64,000 bases of DNA from Candidatus Bathyarchaeota archaeon (lineage in GTDB: Archaea; Thermoproteota; Bathyarchaeia; Bathyarchaeales; Bathycorpusculaceae): assembly GCA_963780185.1 (NCBI GenBank), contig CAWABA010000006.1, forward strand, positions 288,001-352,000, read 5' to 3'. Below the pieces are notes generated by a model that was given only the letters and a program-made list of their open reading frames with translations, ran no database searches and was not told the DNA's origin. Below, piece by piece: positions 54,431 through 64,000 of this stretch. A program made the position numbers and the translations under genes. Within the stretch, counting starts at the first letter, position 1; every line of letters begins with the position of its first letter.

Positions 54431-54958
54431 ATGGCAAAGAAAAAATGGCTGTATATTGGCTGTGCTGCTGCAATAGTTTTCCTTGTAGTTTTTCTTTCAT
54501 TAATCATTTTTTTTGGTGTTCCATTGTGGTGGATAACGCCTAAACAATTATCCGTCATTAACACCGCTGGCGTGAATATTCAAATTTCCCCAGACACGCC
54601 TAAAACCTTTGGTCAGATAGTGACTATCACGGTAACTAATTCAACAGACCAAACCCCTGTTGCAGATATTCAAGTTCTGGTTATGCCTCAAGGAATGGGA
54701 ACCGTTACACTTTACACAAATTCAACAGGTCAAGCATCCTTTCAATATACCTAACAAATTACGGTAGTTCAAGTTAGCGAACCTCAAATAACTGGAGCCA
54801 CTCTTTCAGCCATGTTTGCCGTTCCCTCAAGACCAACAGCGTGGGTTAATGCCGATGGTGAAGCTTTGGGATTGGCAGCGTTTAGTTGTGGTCTAACTGC
54901 TTTTCTCGGATGGTTAATTCCACCACGCAAAGGAAAAATCAAGAGAAGAAAGAAATAA
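54431..54958 (+). pseudogene. Membrane protein with N- and C-terminal TM helices, interrupted by an in-frame TAA at 54752
   Basis: Frame stays open after the stop (QITVVQVSEP...LAAFSCGLTAFLGWLIPPRKGKIKRRKK*). Confidence 0.6.
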
Positions 54959-55291
54959 TCTCAATTTGGGCTTATTTTTACGTATATGCGGTTGCAACCC
55001 TAACGGATATACCTCAAGTTGGGGATTTTGGGGATTCATCTTCAAACTTTTCCACGTTGGCTCGCAAGAAAAAGGCTTGAACTCCGACTAATTCGCAGTA
55101 AATGAAGTTTAATTCGTTTCGAAAAGTTAAAATGACGTTTAGTTTAAGGTATTTAGGGAGATAATTCTTTTTAGTTATTTTATTTTGTGTGGTGAGAATT
55201 GTTTCAGCACTACTAATGTTGGGTTATTTTCCACTTTGTTCTAAAAAGATTTATCTCTTTACAAAGAGTATGATGTCTGTCTGTGAATTAG

Positions 55292-55600
55292 ATGGCGAAA
55301 GCCAAACTTGATGAAAATGGCAGAGTGCAGATTCCCATAGAAGAAATTAAGAGACTTGGGTGGAAAAGTGGCACTGAGTTTGAACTTAAACATACAAACG
55401 ATGTTTTAGTTTTAAAGCCCATTCTTCCAAAGAAACCCGCGGTAAAGAGCCCGCCTCTATCCGCATCAGAAAAAATGGAAATAGAAGAAAGCGAAAAAGA
55501 ATTCGCCTCAAACGAAACCAAGGTTTATGACAATTCGTCTGACCTTCTCAATGCTTTGCATGCAGAAAGGCAAGAGCATAAGTTGAAAGGCGCTAAGTAG
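55292..55600 (+). CDS. AbrB/MazE family antitoxin
   Basis: KLDENGRVQIPIEEIKRLGWKSG. Confidence 0.85.
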   Translation: MAKAKLDENGRVQIPIEEIKRLGWKSGTEFELKHTNDVLVLKPILPKKPAVKSPPLSASEKMEIEESEKEFASNETKVYDNSSDLLNALHAERQEHKLKGAK

Positions 55601-55609
55601 GCTACCGAT

Positions 55610-55876
55610 TTGTGGAAGGCTAAGCCGTCAAACCGTTTTAAGTCGAGTTATCGGAACTTGAGCGATGATATTGCTCAAAGAGTTGATTTGGCCCTCAAAA
55701 GCTTGTTAGAGTCGGAAAAACCTGAACGATTGGGAATCGCCAAAACTGCGAGCCGAAAAGGTTACTTTGCCTATGAGTTGGGAAGAAGCTGCAGGATTAT
55801 TTATTGTCCCGTTTATGAACAAAAAACGATTGAGCTTTTACGGGTGTGCTCGCATAAACAAGCATACAATCCATGA
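55610..55876 (+). CDS. RelE/ParE family toxin
   Basis: SNRFKSSYRNL...ELGRSCRIIY...LLRVCSHKQAY. Confidence 0.8.
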   Translation: MWKAKPSNRFKSSYRNLSDDIAQRVDLALKSLLESEKPERLGIAKTASRKGYFAYELGRSCRIIYCPVYEQKTIELLRVCSHKQAYNP

Positions 55877-55930
55877 TTAATCGCTATGTTTTATATTCAA
55901 ACGGGGGGGGGCGGGAGACTGTTTTTGCGT

Positions 55931-55971
55931 CTATTTGGTTCATCTAGATGTCCCTATTTGGATCATCTAGA
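55931..55971 (+). repeat. 18-bp tandem direct repeat flanked by G-runs
   Basis: CTATTTGGTTCATCTAGA and CTATTTGGATCATCTAGA, 23-bp period. Confidence 0.75.
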
Positions 55972-56161
55972 AAACCGTCGGGGGGCTGGGTACGAAAATT
56001 AAAAACCGACGGGGCGGCAAAGCCACGGGTCAACCTACTTGTTGTTGATGATGATGAACGAGTATTTTCCTTTTCCTAAAATTAACGGTCAGACATAACT
56101 TGACTTTATCAAATTTCTGAGCTGCAATCCAAACCTTAAACGCTCTCAAACAAAAAAGACA

Positions 56162-57163
56162 ATGCGTCAAGCGAACAAAACCCAAATATCCAGCATCAGT
56201 CTTCAAACCTCAACAGAGGCACAAAAACGCGTGGAAACCATCAGGTTTGATTACCTCAAAACATTCCTAACCGTCGCAAGAACCCACAACTTCTCAGCTG
56301 CCGCCAAGGAGCTTGGAACAAGCCAAGGCACCGTAAGCCACCACGTAGCCGCGTTAGAGGAGTACTTTGACGCTGAACTATTCAAACGAACAGCAAACGG
56401 CGTAGAAGTCACCGCCGCAGGGTTGACGTTGAAGGAAACTGCGGAAAAAATGCTTCAAGCAGCCCAAGAAGCAAAAGCCAAAATTTCGTCAGCTAAGCAA
56501 AACCTTTCGGGCACAATTAGAATTGCCGCAAGCACGGTGCCAGAGCAGCATCTGATTCCCAGCTTAATCGCTGGGTTTCAGAAGCGGCATCCTGAAGTGA
56601 AGTTCAAAATAAAAGCTCAAGACAGCCTCACCAGCTTGGGCAGCCTTGAAGCCGACGATGTTGATTTTGCCGCTGTTGGAACAATGCAGGGTTATTCTGA
56701 AAAGTTCGATTTCGTTCAAGTAGGCGAAGAAGAATTGGTCCTTATCGTGCCATGCAACCACGAATTAGCCGACAAAAAAACTGTTAAGCTTTCTGAATTG
56801 GCGAAGTACCCTTTCATGAGCCGTGAAGAGACGTCTGGGACCAGAAAAGAGGTTGAGCGCCTGCTTGAAGAAAGCGGGTTCCCAGTTGAACGGTTGAAGA
56901 TGGGGCTAGAGCTCGGCAGCACGGAATCAATAATAACTGCTGTTTCAGAAGGGCGAGGCATAAGCGTTGTCGGCTCTATCGCGGCGATTAAGGCTCAGTC
57001 TGCGGGTTTGGTGAAAATTGTTAAGATTAAGGAAGCGAAAAACCCAAGAAAGCTCTACATTGTGAGGCCGAAAAGGCCGCTTGTGAAAATCGCTGAAGCC
57101 TTCTGGGATTTTTGCAAAGGCTACACATTCAAAAATGAAGCCGTATCATGCGCCACAAACTAA
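56162..57163 (+). CDS. LysR family regulator, CysL/selenium-metabolism-associated type
   Basis: NFSAAAKELGTSQGTVS...LEE HTH; IAASTVP, REETSGTR, LGSTESI. Confidence 0.88.
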   Translation: MRQANKTQISSISLQTSTEAQKRVETIRFDYLKTFLTVARTHNFSAAAKELGTSQGTVSHHVAALEEYFDAELFKRTANGVEVTAAGLTLKETAEKMLQAAQEAKAKISSAKQNLSGTIRIAASTVPEQHLIPSLIAGFQKRHPEVKFKIKAQDSLTSLGSLEADDVDFAAVGTMQGYSEKFDFVQVGEEELVLIVPCNHELADKKTVKLSELAKYPFMSREETSGTRKEVERLLEESGFPVERLKMGLELGSTESIITAVSEGRGISVVGSIAAIKAQSAGLVKIVKIKEAKNPRKLYIVRPKRPLVKIAEAFWDFCKGYTFKNEAVSCATN

Positions 57164-57184
57164 AAAGGCGTAACTGGGCTCTTT

Positions 57185-57505
57185 TTAGTAGTCTAGCTTT
57201 ACCCAGATTTTTCCTTCTTTAATTATCCACTCGTACTTCGTCAGCTTCATCAACGGCTCCTCGTCATATTCGCCTGTTATAAGGTCAAAATGCCAATCGT
57301 GGCAAGGACAAACAATTACCCCGCGCTCCAAGGTTCCTCCGGAGAAGCCGCAGCCTTGATGCGGGCATCGATTATCAATCGCGAAAATTTGACCAGACTG
57401 CTTAATGAGTAGGATTGGTGTGCCTTCAACTGAAACAAGCTTCATCGTGCCCTCTTTGAGTTCTCTTTCATCTAATGCGGGAAAGAAATCCTCCATCTTT
57501 CTCAA
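57185..57505 (-). CDS. Rieske [2Fe-2S] ferredoxin
   Basis: RCPH...VCPCHDWHFDL. Confidence 0.92.
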   Translation of the reverse strand: MRKMEDFFPALDERELKEGTMKLVSVEGTPILLIKQSGQIFAIDNRCPHQGCGFSGGTLERGVIVCPCHDWHFDLITGEYDEEPLMKLTKYEWIIKEGKIWVKLDY

Positions 57506-57590
57506 CTTCTGCCTTTGTTGAAATGTTACTTGTTAATTATGAGATAAGTTTTGTGGTTTCAGCTTGTACCGCTAAATACTTGTTAAATTC

Positions 57591-58772
57591 TTAAAAGGAC
57601 ATTAGATTCTTGGATACTCCAACAAGCTTAGTAAAGTTACATAGAATGTTTGTGTAGTGAGCGTTTGCAAGCGGGCACCCACAGTTCTTACCTCTAATGT
57701 ACTTTCTAATTTCGTTAGCCCTTTTTGAGTGCCAAATTTTCTTGAATTCGTAATCGACTTCACGGAGATTCCCCATAGGCTTGTCGTATCCAAGGATACA
57801 GCATGGCCATACATCTCCAAACGGAGTAATCTGGCATGACGCATACCCGGCATAACAAGGTATAACTTGCCTGCTTTCCCGAAGTACTTGAGTAGCAACC
57901 TGGTAATATTCAAGACGGAAGCACTGTGTCAACTTTGAAACGTTCTTTTTAGAATGTAGGTAGTCATTCCGAATATGCTTAGACAATTCGTCGGCAAACT
58001 TTGTGTAGGCGTCCGCATCTGGGGTAATGTCATCCTCCAAATTAAAAAGTTCAGTTCTATGCTCAGCAACCTCTGTAATATACGAGTCAGGCTCAAGCGT
58101 TTTAGCAAACTCGTAGACGTCAACTGCATCGCTGATGTTATATTTTGAAATAACAGTGTGAATTCCAACCTGAAAACGCGGAAACTCCTCTTTTAGTTTT
58201 CTTACTCGTTCGTAAGTGTCTAAAACTTTTTCGAAGTTTCCAGGAACACCTCGAATTTTCTCATGCTTTTCTCCCACTCCATCAAGAGAGAGATTCAAAG
58301 TGAGATTCGTGTCGAAACTCTTTTCAAGCATTTTTCTGACTTGACTTTCAATCGTTGAAGAAAGCAAGCCGTTAGATGGAATGTTCACGACGGCTGGGTG
58401 GCAATGTTCACATAGAGCCTCAAATATTTGAGACAAATCTCGTCTCAAGAAGGGCTCGCCGCCACTGATCGTGACCCATAAGACTTTTCCTCCGAAGTTC
58501 TGAAAGGTTTGCTCGAACTCTTCAGTCTTGAACTCTTGAGCCTTTAATTCTTGATGGTTGCTGTAGCGTCTCCAGATTGAGCATGTTTTGCATCTTGAAT
58601 TGCATTGATTCGTAACGCTTACGGTCAAGCTTAAAGGCAAGGCTGGTTTGAAACCAATAAGTCTAGATGACTTATAGTCTACAATTCTCGGGGCCAACTC
58701 AAGTGCAGTTCCAATCATCGTTATCCTCTTTTGAAAGTTAACTTGGGGTTTCCGCTGCCTGCCTAACTGCAA
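57591..58772 (-). CDS. Radical SAM protein with SPASM/twitch domain (true start probably near 58718)
   Basis: CNSRCKTC, SGGEPF, SLDG, CYAG...GDVWPC...GNL. Confidence 0.9.
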   Translation of the reverse strand: MQLGRQRKPQVNFQKRITMIGTALELAPRIVDYKSSRLIGFKPALPLSLTVSVTNQCNSRCKTCSIWRRYSNHQELKAQEFKTEEFEQTFQNFGGKVLWVTISGGEPFLRRDLSQIFEALCEHCHPAVVNIPSNGLLSSTIESQVRKMLEKSFDTNLTLNLSLDGVGEKHEKIRGVPGNFEKVLDTYERVRKLKEEFPRFQVGIHTVISKYNISDAVDVYEFAKTLEPDSYITEVAEHRTELFNLEDDITPDADAYTKFADELSKHIRNDYLHSKKNVSKLTQCFRLEYYQVATQVLRESRQVIPCYAGYASCQITPFGDVWPCCILGYDKPMGNLREVDYEFKKIWHSKRANEIRKYIRGKNCGCPLANAHYTNILCNFTKLVGVSKNLMSF

Positions 58773-59847
58773 AGGGTTCTATTTTAGAAAGTAACATACT
58801 TTCAGAAGCGATCTGAAGACTCTTCGTTGTCTTAACCATCTTCCACTTTATAGGCAAATGATGCCTGGCGAAGTCCCATTTGGCTAGTAGAAACGCTATC
58901 CCTTGCAGAAAAATGAAACCCACGGCGTAGGCTCTTCCTTTGACGCCTCTGAAGGGACATGCATTTAATATGTCCTTCCACATAGGCACCTTCATCGTTG
59001 AAATCTTCCTGCCAACTAACAACTCAAGTTGTTTGTACCCGACGAATACCCTTCTTCGTTGAGTGATAAAATCTCGTGCAGTTGAAGGACCCTTCAAAAG
59101 GACCTCTGCTTCGGGGCAATACGCTATTCCACGTTTTTTCATCTCGGCAAGAGTCTGAATGTAAGCATCATCGTTAATAATTGCGGGCGGCAATTCACGT
59201 ATAATTCTTGTTTTGAACGCCATTAATTCTCCGCTTATTTTTGGGACTTCAAGTGAGCTTTGATGATGAAGATTCCAAAGTAGATGCGAGCAGAAACCCA
59301 TGAAATTGTTGGGATCATCAACTGGAATCGGACGTGCTCCCACTATGTCCACGTCTTCTGTCTTTAGCATATTTATGAGACGAACTAACGCCTTTTGACA
59401 TGGAATGTTATCGCCGCCGGTGTAGACTACGCAATCATAGTTTTCCGATTCCGCAAGAAGTATATTCAGCGCCGAAGCTTTTCCGTTTCTTTCCGGTTCA
59501 ATAATAAGTTTGATTCTTGCATCGATCTGAGAATAAGACCTGACAATGTCGTTAGTTCTATCGGTGGAACCCGAAGAAACTATGCATATGGTTTCAATTT
59601 CTTTGGGAGAAGACTTGATCAAGTTTTCTATCAAGTTGCCTATATTCTGCTCTTCGTTGGAGACAGCGATTCCAACCATCATGCTCAAAGTCGGTAAGGC
59701 ATGAATGATTGCCTTCGTTTGCAAACAGGAACCGTTTTCGTCAAAATCCGAAAGTACAGGAATAGCGGTCATTAGGTCACCATCTCGAAATATTTTTAAT
59801 ACTTGAACAGTCGTAATTCTGCTCCGCAAACCTTGATGACTCGCCAA
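58738..59847 (-). CDS. GT2 glycosyltransferase (true start probably downstream, near 59680..59770)
   Basis: NEEQNI, SGSTD, GKASALN, INDD, QRRR. Confidence 0.85.
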   Translation of the reverse strand: MASHQGLRSRITTVQVLKIFRDGDLMTAIPVLSDFDENGSCLQTKAIIHALPTLSMMVGIAVSNEEQNIGNLIENLIKSSPKEIETICIVSSGSTDRTNDIVRSYSQIDARIKLIIEPERNGKASALNILLAESENYDCVVYTGGDNIPCQKALVRLINMLKTEDVDIVGARPIPVDDPNNFMGFCSHLLWNLHHQSSLEVPKISGELMAFKTRIIRELPPAIINDDAYIQTLAEMKKRGIAYCPEAEVLLKGPSTARDFITQRRRVFVGYKQLELLVGRKISTMKVPMWKDILNACPFRGVKGRAYAVGFIFLQGIAFLLAKWDFARHHLPIKWKMVKTTKSLQIASESMLLSKIEPFAVRQAAETPS

Positions 59848-60736
59848 TATGCCTTGAATTTGCTTCTCTAATTGCTGTGCGAAGAGGTTTTATTCCTATC
59901 CAAAGAGAATTCGTCACCCTAATCGTTGAGGCTTGGCCAACTGACAGAATGGTTAGCCAAATTCTTGCGATGAAGGAGTTTTCCAAAGTTTTGACGAATT
60001 CCAAAATTGCGCAGGAGCCAAGTTTTGATTTTCCATGTTTTCTTTCTTGAAAGATTATTGGGGTTTCAGCTATTTGGCAGCCAGCGTTTCGGCAGTGGTG
60101 AAGCATGTCTATTTGGAATGCATAGTCGTTTGTTCTTATTTTTGAAAGATCAATTGTTCTCAAAGCATATGATTCATAAGCGCGAAACCCACTTGTGGCA
60201 TCTTTGACATTTAGTCCTGCGAAAAGAATTGCCATTGCATTAGCTGATTTGCTAATGAGACGCCTCATTGGAGCCCACTCTTTTCCTACTGCGCCTCCTT
60301 TGATGTAACGTGATCCTATGGCTACGTCAAACCCTTCCTCTATCTTTCTAAGTAGCCTCGGGACATACTCAGGTTCATGCGAAAGGTCTCCGTCCATCTC
60401 CATTACTACGGTGATTTCGGGGTCCTTCAGCAGAAATTGAAAAGCGTCTTTGTAGGCGCTTCCTAACCCAAGTTTTCCTGGTCTGTGAATTACAGAAATG
60501 TTGCTGTTTGATTGTGCGAGGCTATCTGCAAGCTCTCCTGTTCCATCGGTGCTTTTATCGTCAACTATTACTATGCGACCGCAGATTTTGTTGCTGTCGA
60601 AAACTTTAAGCAGACGCTCAATAAGAGGTTGAAGATTTGCTTTTTCATTGTAAGTTGGTATGGCAATGCCAACCTTCATGTGTGGAAACGCTAAATTAAC
60701 TGTAGGTTCTAATTTCATGCCTGAGCTTGTTTGCAT
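59777..60736 (-). CDS. Polyprenol monophosphomannose synthase (DPM1-like GT2)
   Basis: IPTYNE, VDDKSTDGT, MDGDLSH, GSRY, DATSGFR. Confidence 0.9.
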   Translation of the reverse strand: MQTSSGMKLEPTVNLAFPHMKVGIAIPTYNEKANLQPLIERLLKVFDSNKICGRIVIVDDKSTDGTGELADSLAQSNSNISVIHRPGKLGLGSAYKDAFQFLLKDPEITVVMEMDGDLSHEPEYVPRLLRKIEEGFDVAIGSRYIKGGAVGKEWAPMRRLISKSANAMAILFAGLNVKDATSGFRAYESYALRTIDLSKIRTNDYAFQIDMLHHCRNAGCQIAETPIIFQERKHGKSKLGSCAILEFVKTLENSFIARIWLTILSVGQASTIRVTNSLWIGIKPLRTAIREANSRHIGESSRFAEQNYDCSSIKNISRW

Positions 60737-60954
60737 TCGTTAGCCTTCTTGCGTGAAGGTCTCTTGTCAAAATTGTTATTAGTGGACTTGTGTGTTATCG
60801 TCTGCGACAGACAAAAGAAAAGACTGGTTAACTCAAACAAGTTATTTACCCGTTTCTTTCAAACACATCATTTTTTGTGAGGCATACACTTACACTCGCG
60901 TTTTTTATGCTTTGAGTTATCTTGTTTCCAAATCAATTGGTTGGCGCATTTTCA

Positions 60955-63742
60955 TCACTTGGTAAATATCGCTGTGTAGCTGAGTGTGTTTCCTTCGGCA
61001 GTGATCAATTCTACTGTGTACTGCGTACCATCAGTGAAATTACCCGAAATGGGCGTAATATCAACGGATAAAGAAGTGCCATGAGCAATGTCAAAACTAC
61101 CGTTTGATACTAAGTTAGCATTGTTTCCATCTATCTTTGCACTTTGTATTGTTAAATTATTTGTTCCGGTATTTTGGACAGTAGCGATAACCCTGTGATT
61201 ATTTGCAAAATTCAGGTTTGTTATTGATGCTTGTTCTGTGGAAATAACGGCGGTGGGTAAACAAGTAACTGCTGTATTATTGTTTGTCATTAGGTAGAAT
61301 GTGTTTTCGCATCTTATGACGGCAAAGCTGCATGAGGTTTCGTAATAGCTTTGGCTTACAATATTGCTAACATCATCTAAAAATGACTTTTCTGAAATAT
61401 TCGTTGTAGATACTTTGCCGTCTGCTAAGACTTGTTTAAACAATGTTTGGTTATTCATGCGTTGGAAATTTAAAGCGATGGACGAATCAGTTGGTACCAT
61501 ATCCCTTATCTGTAACTCGAATGAGTCAGCTGTGGCAGTAGAATTTTGACTACATACGTTGGGGTTTTCGTATATACCATAGTTCCCGTAGGTAGCCACA
61601 AGAATCCAGTTCTGAGTGATCCAGTTTCTTGGAGCGCCAATATCGATATCATAAAATGGATTCAAGTCATATTTTTCCCAAAATGGGTCCGCTACTGCAT
61701 ACTTGGCTTCCTGTACGGTTGCATTGGTAACAAATTGGTCGTCTCTAGGATCGCATTTTAATTGAAATACGAAGATAGATTCGCAATACACAATATCGTT
61801 TTTCTCCACGTGTGCGTTAAGAAAGTTGATAACGCTTCGCTGATTTTGGCTAATGTCTGAAGTTAGCGGTGAATACGCTGTGCCATTTGTTGAGATCATT
61901 TGATAATCCTGATACGCCACCACGCCAGAAACTGCTACTACAAAAATCAAAGCTAAAACTAAAAGTAATGATTTTAAATCCGTGTGAATTTCGAATTTTT
62001 TATTTAGACGCTCCGCGACTAGGGCTAACGATGCGAATAGAACAAGAAGCAACAGAAATGCCTCAAGATCTGTTGTTGGCAATGCGTAGGCGGGATATGC
62101 TTGGTCGTAAAAGAGAATAAAAAACGCAAATAGAAATATCCCGAGTAATCGAGTTCTATTACCTTGAAAAGTTTTGGCCATGAAAAGCCCGGATGCTATT
62201 GCGAGGAAGCCGCATACTGGCAAGAATAAATAACTGCCCGTGTAACCTGAAACATATTGAAGAGATAACATTATTAGAAAAGGCACTAAAATGAAAACGT
62301 ACTTCTTTTCGCGCGAACTAGCGAGGTAAATTAGAGAAATAACCCCTAAAAATGCGAAACTGGCACTCATTTGCCATTGTTGAAGAAATGCCCACGTTAC
62401 ATCTATAAGGGTGCTTAGTGGCGTACTTGTTATTCCAGTGCTTGCAAACGCACGCAGGTTATACTCTTGAACTAAATCTGCTGGATTTAGGTATAAAACA
62501 ATTCCGTACCATCCGAGAGGAAGAAGCATTGAAAAAAACGCAAAACCTAAGATTTTCTTTTTACTTCCCCATTGGTTATAAACAAGTAGAATAATCACTG
62601 CCGCAAACACTATCATGACCGAGGTAATTTTGCACAAAACGCCAAGTCCAAGACTGAGCGCTAAAGCGCCCAGCATTATCTTTGAGGTTTTTTTCTCAAT
62701 AATGACAGTATACAGTAGGAGCATGGATAAAAGGGAAAAAAATTCCACGCCTACGTCAAGAAAAACGCTTCTTTCATAGTAAACGGCGAAGAAAAAGATC
62801 GCATAAAATAGTGAAGACAACGTTCCGGCTGAGTCTGCCAGACATTTTTCTGCCCAGCACATAGACTATTATTGTGCTTCCAACCCCAAATATTGCAGGT
62901 ACAATTCTTGCATTAACTATGTTGTTACCAAAAGTTAGCGATAATCCCACTAAAAATGAGAAAAAGGGGTATAGAGATACGGTTGCCTGTGGGTTTTCTC
63001 TAAAGTTGTCCATTAGAATGTTTTTGCCGAGGGTAGACCAAGTTCCTTCATCGATGTACCATGCGGGAAAACTTCCCAAGTTATACAGCCTGAGAAAAGC
63101 GGCTAAAAATACTATGAAAATGAAAACTAACAGATCCAGTTTTTTATTTTCCTTTAGAAACCTCAAAATAGCATTCGCTTTGTCGTCAAGTGACTTCAAA
63201 AAATCTGCAATTTTCGAAGGCGCGGAACTCAAGGTATTTTTCATGTGTGTTGTGTCACTAAATGTCAGGCGCGGCCCAACCAAATATGCTGCCAAAAGCC
63301 CAACGAAAGCATAAGACAAGCCGCTTATACTGATCAGTTGAATCCCAACAAACTGGGCGCAAGAGTATTCATGCCACTTGTAAATTGGCGACATCACGTC
63401 AGAAGTGTAGGTCCGCATGTAGCCAATTACTATTGGAGTAGAATAAGTCATAATAATGCCAAACAACATGGCGATAAACCCGAAAACGCACCCGATTAAG
63501 CCTCGCAGTTTGCTGTTACCATTGGTTAGGGCGCCGAATCCTAATCCTCCAAGTACCCCGCAAAGGACAAGGGCTGAAAAATAGACGTCGTGTGAAAACG
63601 AAGTAATTGCGCGCATCAGCAAACCCGAAAGAAGCACGCCCAGGGCTCCGCCGAATATGCCCAAATGCAAATATCTGATGTCTTTTTCCTTTTCGGGTGA
63701 ACTTGCGTTCGAAGTTTCAATGTTCGGCATATCATCATGCAA
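60955..63742 (-). CDS. GT-C (PMT/ArnT-like) glycosyltransferase with extra N-terminal TM module and C-terminal pilin/Ig-like domain; one frameshift
   Basis: LRLYNLG...IDEG...YPFF...ARIVPAIFG, GVLCK; fragments 62774..63742 and 60955..62862. Confidence 0.8.
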
Positions 63743-64000
63743 ATCGTCGTTTTTCGCGTTCGCTGAAAAATCAGCATCTTTTGCTCTACGATTCTTAACT
63801 AAATCGGATTTTTCCGTTTTTATTACTTCCGAACGAAGTCTTCTTGAGTTCCCCTATTCGCATCTGACTTCTATAACAATTAGTGTGTTGGGTAGGATGC
63901 ACACAATTTATTGCTTGTATTTTCCCTGACGAATGAGCCGGTAAACCACGTGGAAACTTGATTCAAGAGCCCAAAAAGTCTCTTAATCACCGCAGTCTTC

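Overview
Archaeal chromosomal window, most consistent with Ca. Bathyarchaeia (inferred from gene repertoire, not a database search). Many genes are split by single-base indels, often in homopolymers, which looks like uncorrected long-read error, so several coordinates join ORF fragments and are approximate. Left to right: nreA, tRNA-Asp, a TetR/methyltransferase cassette, class II aldolase, afpA/isf flavoproteins, two tandem glnA genes, NIP7/NOP2, an AT-rich island of zinc-finger microgenes and toxin-antitoxin genes with tRNA-like scars, a divergent EF-2, the fwdDBAC operon, and a ~15 kb Mo/W cluster (fdhD, moeA, mobA, two mobB, modABC, short ModE). After that come nfnAB, phoU, a dsrE-tusA-double-cubane reductase-selD cluster with a CysL-type LysR, and a radical SAM/glycosyltransferase cluster. 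The best candidate for a new system is in the Mo/W cluster. A 24-bp palindrome (CGATRTKA-N8-TMAYATCG) occurs four times and links modABC with three membrane-anchored proteins carrying six Cys-less sulfite-oxidase-type molybdopterin-binding domains, a Cys-rich ECF S-component and a surface metallophosphoesterase. This suggests an extracellular molybdopterin or Mo/W scavenging system.
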